Shown here: positions 56,534 to 64,000 of the stretch, in pieces
Numbering within the stretch: the stretch's first letter is position 1
Layout: the number at the start of each line of letters is the position of its first letter
Assembly: GCA_964016885.1 (NCBI GenBank)
Contig: OZ024742.1
Span: forward strand, 255,936,001-256,000,000
Direction: 5' to 3'
From: Eledone cirrhosa
Taxonomy: Eukaryota
Length of the DNA: 64,000 bases
The notes under the pieces: model-generated
Seen by the model: only the letters and a program-made list of their open reading frames with translations
Told to the model about the DNA's origin: nothing
Database searches by the model: none
Translations under genes and position numbers: made by a program

Positions 56534-57246
56534 TTAATGGCAGGAGCACAACAGCCAAGGCAATTTTCCTATCATGCCTCTTATAGACAGCTCAGCGGAA
56601 GGTAAGCCATCTATATATATGGAGAACAGTTGTTGATGCTAAATCATATAAATGGATACTCTATTGAGGGTCCTTATGAAAACATTGACTATATGAGTTG
56701 AAGAATTAGATCATGAAGAAGGAATTTGAGATTACACTGAACAATTTTCAATGTTCTTAAGTTCTTCTGAAGTAGAATTTTAATAAAATAAAGCACATAA
56801 TTTATATCATTCATTGTTCATTGGAAATATTATGGTTGTTTGGGGGATGTCGATGCTATACAAGTTACAAATACAAAATTGAAAACTATAGCAAAGTAAA
56901 GAAATGAAAACAAAATAATATTTTACACTTTTAAATCTGAAGTAAATGTGCTCACTGTAAAAACAAATTTTAATGTTGAGATAAAACTGAACTGAAATTA
57001 AATAAATCTATCTTGAAAATGTTGATTATATAATTGCATTTCTGACCTTTTGTGATTAATGTGTTCTCAAGAAGTATTTTAAAATTTCAAAGCGATTAAT
57101 TATTCGCTAATTGTTATTGGCAAAATTATTATATGCAATGTGATGATAATACTTTGTTAATTATATATAAAATTTTGCAGTAAGCAGAATGATACTTTAA
57201 ATACATATTTCAGTAGAAACTGTAAAGGATTTATACCCCCCCCCAT

Positions 57247-57288
<42 letters not shown>

Positions 57289-57291
<3 letters not shown>

Positions 57292-57510
57292 TTTGTTGGT
57301 TCACCACTGGGTATAACTGGTAATTCCGTATAGTCAACCTTGATGTAATATTAGGGAGAGCGCTCGACATATGACAACTCACCTGTCTTCGTTTGTGTTG
57401 TTAGTGGTGCGAGTACGGAGTTAATTATTATAAAATAACAGGAGGCTGGACTGGTGTAATTCCTTAAAACCTTTAAAATAATTACACCAGTGAAGCCTCC
57501 TGTTATTTTA
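57289..57510. mobile_element. Family Z fold-back insert, short arms
   Basis: Matches 20574-20749. 57431-57461 is inverted at 57480-57510. TA on both sides. Confidence 0.8.
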
Positions 57511-57742
57511 TTATATATATATATATATATATGGCGGCCAACAAGCAACACGGGATTTCTCTCCCATCTAAACTTTTTAAGTTTTCTGTCTTTATGTCAG
57601 TCTATCGTCGCCTTAATTCTCTCTGTACCAAAAGATCCAGTGGTCTCGCTCTCATTCTATCATCCGATGAAGAACATGCGTCCAAAATGTTAAGATTTTC
57701 CCAATTTATATATATTTCACACACACTCTCATCAGACACGCA

Positions 57743-57810
<68 letters not shown>
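57743..57810. repeat. (TAA)n microsatellite
   Basis: Direct reading. Confidence 0.95.
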
Positions 57811-58757
57811 GGAGCCAATGCTCAGAACTCTACTGAAGGAGGGGACAATAGACCAGGGGATGTCCAAGGAGGAAATAACATCAACGAGGAAGAGCAGCCT
57901 TCAGGAAAAATCCCTTCATAGTACCTTCTTTGAGAAAACTGAATTCAGAGATCCACAGACATGGAACTGGTTGAAAAGGGGAGACCTTAAAAAGGCTACA
58001 GAAGGAATGTTAATGGCTGCGCGAGAGCAGGCCCTCAAAACGAAGTGGTTGTAACACCATATTTACAAGGAGGAGGCTAGCCCACTGTGCAGGATCTGTG
58101 GAGAGAGAGAGGAGACTGTGGCTCACATTGTATCCGAGTGTAAACACCTAGCCCAGACTCACTATAAGGCTGGAGACATGATGTGATGGGCAGGGTGATC
58201 CACTGGCACCTATGCAAAGTAAACAATTTACCACATTCTGAGAAGTGGTATGAGCATAAGCCAGAGTCGGTGATAGAAAACGATCAGGTGAAGGTGCTGT
58301 GGGATTTTAGGATACAGACGGACAAGAAACTGGAACACAATAGACCTGACCTGGTGGTTGTGGACAAAGAAAAAAGATCGTGCCTGATTGTGGATGTGGC
58401 CTGCCCATTCGACACGAGAATGCAAGAGAAGGAGAGGGAGAAAATTAACCGATACCAGAACTTAAAGTGGGAGGTAAAAAGGATTTGGAACTGCCATGAA
58501 GTCAAATGGTCCCGATTGTCATAGGCGCACTAGGTACTATCTCAAAAAGTTTCCAGGGATGGTTAAAGAAAATTGGCCCCTTCACGCTTTTTGGAACGCT
58601 TCAAAAGGCATGCTTGCTGGGAACAGCAAGAACCCTCCGATACGTCCTGAATATCTGAAGCTGCAGGTAGTGGCTTGATATTAATTTCAACAAACTTTCC
58701 AGTTAACTAACATCAATGACTGAGACTCAAAAAATAATATTAATAATAATAGTAATA
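57811..58757 (+). mobile_element. R4/Dong-clade LINE 3' fragment (family A)
   Basis: WLKRGDLKKATEGMLMAAREQAL, CRICGEREETVAHIVSEC (CCHC knuckle), HNRPDLVVVD...DVACP. TAA tail. Confidence 0.9.
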
Positions 58758-59081
58758 TGAGAACTAAAACAATACCAGTGGTTGTAGGCGCCCTAGGAAT
58801 GATACCTAATGTGTCTAATGATTACTTATCGCAAATCCCAGGAAACCCGCGTATAGGAGAAATACAAAAGATAGTACTAATGGGAACTGCCCATATACTA
58901 AGGAAAATTCTGTCAATATAAGTACATCACAAGTCTAAACACCTAAAGATACATGTGTGTGTATGTATGTTCTTTCTTGAACATGGCGGACCTTGTTGTC
59001 TCTTGAGGTCACTGGTTGTGACTTGGTGATAACTCGTATGAACATAAAGCAAGATAAATCCAAATATAATAATAATAATAA
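58758..59081 (+). mobile_element. R4/Dong-clade LINE 3' end (family B)
   Basis: Near-identical to 61155-61473. TAA tail. Confidence 0.9.
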
Positions 59082-61473
59082 GACAAAATACAAAACTTTT
59101 GGATAAATGCCTTCACAGAGTCTCATGAGCTGTTAGCCCAACTTTACAATGAAATAGTTAAGGAGCCAGAAAAGATACCATCATGGCTAGCTAACGGCAT
59201 TACATTCCTGCTACCGAAGAATGATGAGACAAACAATCCCAAAAATTACAGACCGATAACCTGCTTGACCACAATGTATAAAATTTTAACATCAGTCCTA
59301 ACTGAGTACACATATGACCACCTGATAACAAATGACCTATTTCCCATTGAGCAGAAAGGGTGTAAACGAGGCTCATATGGCTGTAAGGATCAGCTTCTGG
59401 TTAACAAAATGATACTGGAAGATTGTCATAATAGACACAAAAATCTATCGATTGCTTGGATAGATTATAAAAAAGCATTCGATAGTTTGCCACACAGTTG
59501 GATTGAAAAATGTTTAGAGATTTTCAAAATATCCCCCGTTGTCAGGAGGTCTATGTCATTCAGTATGAGGACATGGAGAACGACACTCCTTTTGAATAGT
59601 GAAACAAAATCACTGGAAGCTGGAGAAGTTAATATTAATTGTGGAATTTTTCAGGGTGACTCTTTATCACCGCTTTTATTCTGCATCGCACTTATACCAT
59701 TAAGTAAAATGCTCAATGAAACAAAACATGGATATAGAGTCTATGACAAAACCATTAATCACCTGTTCTACATGGATAACCTGAAACTATTTGCAAAAAA
59801 TGATGAACAATTGCAAGGGCTATTATCCACTGTGAAGCAGTTCAGTGATGACATTAAAATGGAGTTTGGTCTGGATAAATGCGCCAAAGCAACGTTCACC
59901 AGAGGAAAGCTGCTGAAGAGTTCAGACATTAATCTTGATCGGGGGAACGTGATAAGAGAGCGTGATCAAGAAAAAACTTACAAATATCTAGGTGTTTGTG
60001 AAGGAGACGGAATCAAGCACTCGACAATGAGGGAAAGGATAAGGAAGGAATGTTACCGCAGAGTCAGAGCAATCTTAAGAACGGAATTGAATGCAAGGAA
60101 TAGGATCGATGCCATAAACACGCTTGCCATACCAGTAGTAACCTACAATTACAATGTCATCAACTGGTCAAGCACAGAGATCCGTAGGCTCGATACAAAA
60201 TCCGAAAATTCTTAACCATGCACAGAATGCATCACCCTAAGGCAGACATAGATAGAATATATCTCCCTAGGAAAGAAGGAGGACGTGGGTTAATCCAGTT
60301 AGACATTGCGTTGAAAACTGCAACAATTGGATTATCCACATATCTAAGGGAATCACATGATTGGATGATCAAACTCGTTTTGAAACACGAAAGCACCAAA
60401 AGATCATATTCCATTACAAAAGATGCACAAAGATACAGTAATGGACTACAAATTTCAGAAGTCCCATTTACTGCTGAAATGGAAAACACAGAAAAAGCAA
60501 AGCAGGTAAAAGTAACTGCAAAGAAAGAACTGCTACAGAAACTGGCTAAGAAATGGCAAGAAAAGCCTCTGTATGGAAAATACCCAGAGCGAGCTAACAA
60601 TCCTGATGTTGACAAAACTTTAACCCATCAGTGGTTGGCATCCTCTGGACTGAAATCGGAGACTGAAGGACTGATTATATCGGCACAAGATCAGTGTCTG
60701 CCAACAAAAAATTACCAAGCCAACATAATAAAAAATGGGTGCAGCCCATTATGCCGTGTATGCAAAAAACAACCAGAGACCATTGACCATATAATTTCAA
60801 TGTGTAGTCCTATAGCTCCAACCGAATACCTAAACAGGTATGACAGAGCTGCACAATACATACATTGGATAATGTGTAAGCATTTTGACCTGCCCCATCA
60901 AAAGAATTGGTGGGAGCATCAACCACCTCCCATACTTGAAAAAGATCACATCTCAATCTTGTGGAACTTTAGCATCCAAACAGACCGAAAAATAGATGCA
61001 AATAGACCTGATATAATATTGAAGGACTTTCAAAGGAGGGTATGCCTGCTAATTGATATGTCTGTTCCAATAGACAAGAATGTATCTATAAAAACATTTG
61101 AAAAATTGAGCAAGTATAAGGACCTGGAGATAGAAATTGGAAAAATGTGGAAATTGAGAACTAAAACAATACCAGTGGTTGTAGGTGCTCTGGGAATGAT
61201 ACCTAAGGGGTCTAACGACTACTTATCGCATATCCCAGGAAACCCGCGTATAGGAGAAATACAAAAGATAGTACTAATGGGAACTGCCCATATACTAAGG
61301 AAGATCCTGTCAATATAAGTACATCACAAGTCTAAACACTAAGGATGCATGTGTGAATATGTATGTTCTTTCTTGAACATGGCGGACGTTGTTGTCTCTT
61401 GAGGTCACTGGTTGTGACTTGGTGATAACTCGTATGAACATAAAGCAAGATAAATGCAAATAATAATAATAAT
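59082..61473 (+). mobile_element. R4/Dong-clade LINE (family B), 5'-truncated
   Basis: RT, CCHC and REL domains, 3'UTR and (TAA)n tail. Confidence 0.93.
59120..61318 (+). pseudogene. RT-REL polyprotein with one frameshift (~60200) and YMDN in place of YMDD
   Basis: NYRPITCL, WIDYKKAFDS, GIFQGDSLSP, FYMDNLKL, RIYLPRKEGGRGL, CRVCKKQPETIDHIISMC, NRPDII...IDMSVP. Confidence 0.9.
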
Positions 61474-64000
61474 GCTGTATTAACCACAAGCGTTTACATA
61501 AAATAGACATTAAGGATCGTACAGCACAATACACCACGGTACAAATGGGCATTTCTGCCTGTAAAAAAAACAAAACACAGAGGATGTAACAAAAAAAGAA
61601 ACAATGAAAAATTGCACAATAGGGGGGAGACTTCCGAGGGACATTCCTGGAGAAAGCCCATAAAAAAACAGCCACGGTAACCCTGACCACCAGCGCAATG
61701 GCCCTCTCCCAGTTTTCCACCTTCAATTTACAGGCACGTACTCAGAGTAGGCCCATACACACGGGCCATTCTTGCCTCTCTCACCCATCTTTCAACAAAA
61801 TGCTGGGAAGAGGGCACATCCCTCTCTACCCTGATTATCCTTTTTAAATAAAATTTGAAAAAGTTAATCAGGGCATCACCCAATAGGTAAGTGCTCGTCT
61901 TCAGCCGTTTCAAACGCGTCCACAATACTTTTTCTTTCGCCATGGCCACCAGACAGATAAAAACTGCCTACCCTTCCCGGCTAAAGGAAGAGGGCTGGGC
62001 AATCCTCACGATGGAGTCAGCTGATAGCCGGATCCGTCCTACACGCGACAGCAGGTGTTCTACATAAACCCACAAGTCAACAATGCTCGGACACTGGACG
62101 AGTGCGTGCAGGACGGTTTCGTCGCCCTGCGCGCATCTCGGACATGCCCGGCTGACGGCACCTCCATGCCTGTAGAGATTATCCCGAACTGGCAAGGCTC
62201 CTCGGTAGCACTGCCAGGCCAGGGATTTCTTGAAGTTGTCCATAGGGCCCGGCCCGAACCTTCTTCCGAAAAGATTGGCTAGTTGATTTTCGTCGATACC
62301 AAGAGTTTCCTCAAGTACGTCGTCGCTCTTCCCCTCCACTAATCCTCCATAGAACGCCAAGGGGAAGTTTCCACTGATCACATTGCCCGATTGGTCGAGG
62401 GCCGTGAGCGCCGGACGACATTCCAGTCTCCAAGCACTTCCACTCGGTCTTCGCTTGATCCAGGACTGCAGCTCCGCCAAGGAGACGAGCTGGGGAAAGA
62501 CGCGTCTAGCAAACGGCGACCACACCTGATCAACATCGAGGAAGAGGTGGAGATGTCGTAGCCGGAGCGCGTGTCTGCGCATCATCAGCCACGGTATACC
62601 CAGCCCTCCACGTAGCGGGTGTTGACAACAGATGGACCGCGTGACAATCGGAGCACGCCACTTCCACACAAAGCGAAAGAGCAAACGCTCCAGCGCAGTC
62701 AGGCGAGGCTTAGGACAAGGCACGACGGTCAGATGGTAGTAGTTGACGAACGCGATGTACGCGTTAGCCACCTCCGCTCGACCTTTCAGCTTCCTCTCTG
62801 CCCATTGCTGTTTGGGAGAAGCCACCCTGCTCGTCACCTCGACCCAGTTTTGTCCGTCTGGAGGTCTGGACCGAACCAGACCCCTAGCAATTTAACCGGT
62901 CCGTCCGTCCAACGCCCGACGACGCTTTTGGACGGCATGGACCTGCCTCTCCAGGTGCCGAGCTGCAGGCCCTCCGACTTTTCCTGGTTGGTCATTGCTC
63001 CTGTCACCGCTTCGTATTCTCTTAGTGTAGTGTCGATAGCCCCGATATATTTGGCGTTCGACACCACTACGGTTACATCATCCGCATATGCTGACACGGA
63101 TCTTCTGCATCCTAGTTCGCGCGGGACCCACGTCAACGTCTCCAGTTTGTGCAGTAATGGCTCGAGAGTCAATACGTACAACAGGGCCGAGAAGGGACAT
63201 CCTTGGCGGACCGACCGTATGATGGTGAACAGTTCCGAAAGTGCGATCATTCACTCTCACCACAGAGCAGATGTCGCTGTGCATAGCAGCGATCCAGCCT
63301 CTGAAGACGGGCTCAAAGCCAGCCGCCCTTTCGACTGATCTAAATTGATCAAGGACCCACCTGTGCCAGGTTCCCTAGCTACCCTCTCCACGATGTATCG
63401 CATGAGGTGGAGGTTGCCGTGGATGGATCTGTCGGGAATGGCGCATGTCTGCGCCTCTCCCACCAGACCACCAACGACAAGCGCCAACCTCTTTGCTAGC
63501 ACCTTAGCCAAAATCTTGAACTCTGTGTTTAGCAGAGTTATGGGCCTGTAATTATCTATGTTATCCCCCTTGTTCCGATCCTTTCTCGGCAGCGCCACCG
63601 CTCCTCGGCTCACAGAGCTGGGAATTCTCCCGTTCTGTTGCCAGTTGCAGTAGACGTCCGCCAAGAGGCCTCCGAACAAATCTGGCATCTGTATGTAAAG
63701 TTATAGGTCAGGCCATCCAAACCAGGTGATTTACTCCTTGTGCAGCCAGTCATTGCCTGCCGTACTTCAGCTGCTTTGATCAGCTTTTCGCAACACTCCG
63801 CCTCAGTGACCGAGAGCCGCGGCAGTCCGTCGACGTAGGCACTAAAGTCCGCCGTCGATCCGGCGCGCCGCTGCCTCCGAACAGCTGAGCGAATGTCTCT
63901 GAAAAGCTTCACATATTTTCCTGGGATCGAGTAGCATGCGCCCGTCGTGGTCCACCAAAGACCGGATCGTGGCTTTGTTGCCACGACTCGCCTCCGCCAC
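61474..64000 (-). mobile_element. Tx1/L1-clade LINE ORF2 region, frameshifted, continuing beyond the window
   Basis: KSPGLDGL, NYRPITLLNTEFKILAK, SVRQGCPFS, AYADD, RGGLGIP, CPRCAQGDETVLHALVQC. Confidence 0.9.

Noticed and set aside
62619-63338. 239-aa plus-strand ORF
   Set aside because: Antisense shadow of the GC-rich Tx1 ORF2.

Overview
AT-rich, microsatellite-dense animal DNA with no recognisable host protein-coding exon. The SINE family and repeat landscape resemble an Octopus-like coleoid, which is an inference. Most long ORFs in the track are microsatellite artefacts. The real content is transposable elements: (i) many 5'-truncated Penelope-like elements (PLE; RT plus C-terminal GIY-YIG); (ii) R4/Dong-type REL LINEs stacked in (TAA)n and (TACA)n microsatellites; (iii) a Tx1/L1-type LINE; (iv) a Chapaev3-like DNA transposon; (v) tRNA-derived SINEs; (vi) RTE remnants. 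The main signal is about a dozen fold-back (inverted-repeat) inserts lodged in (TA)n tracts. Most have element 3' ends pointing outward into TA repeats, recurrent fixed long and short termini, and type I hammerhead ribozyme (HHR) motifs in the arms. Several HHRs share an unusual CCGANGA core, a long stem II and a palindromic stem III. All folds and alignments were done by eye, and coordinates may be off by a few bases.
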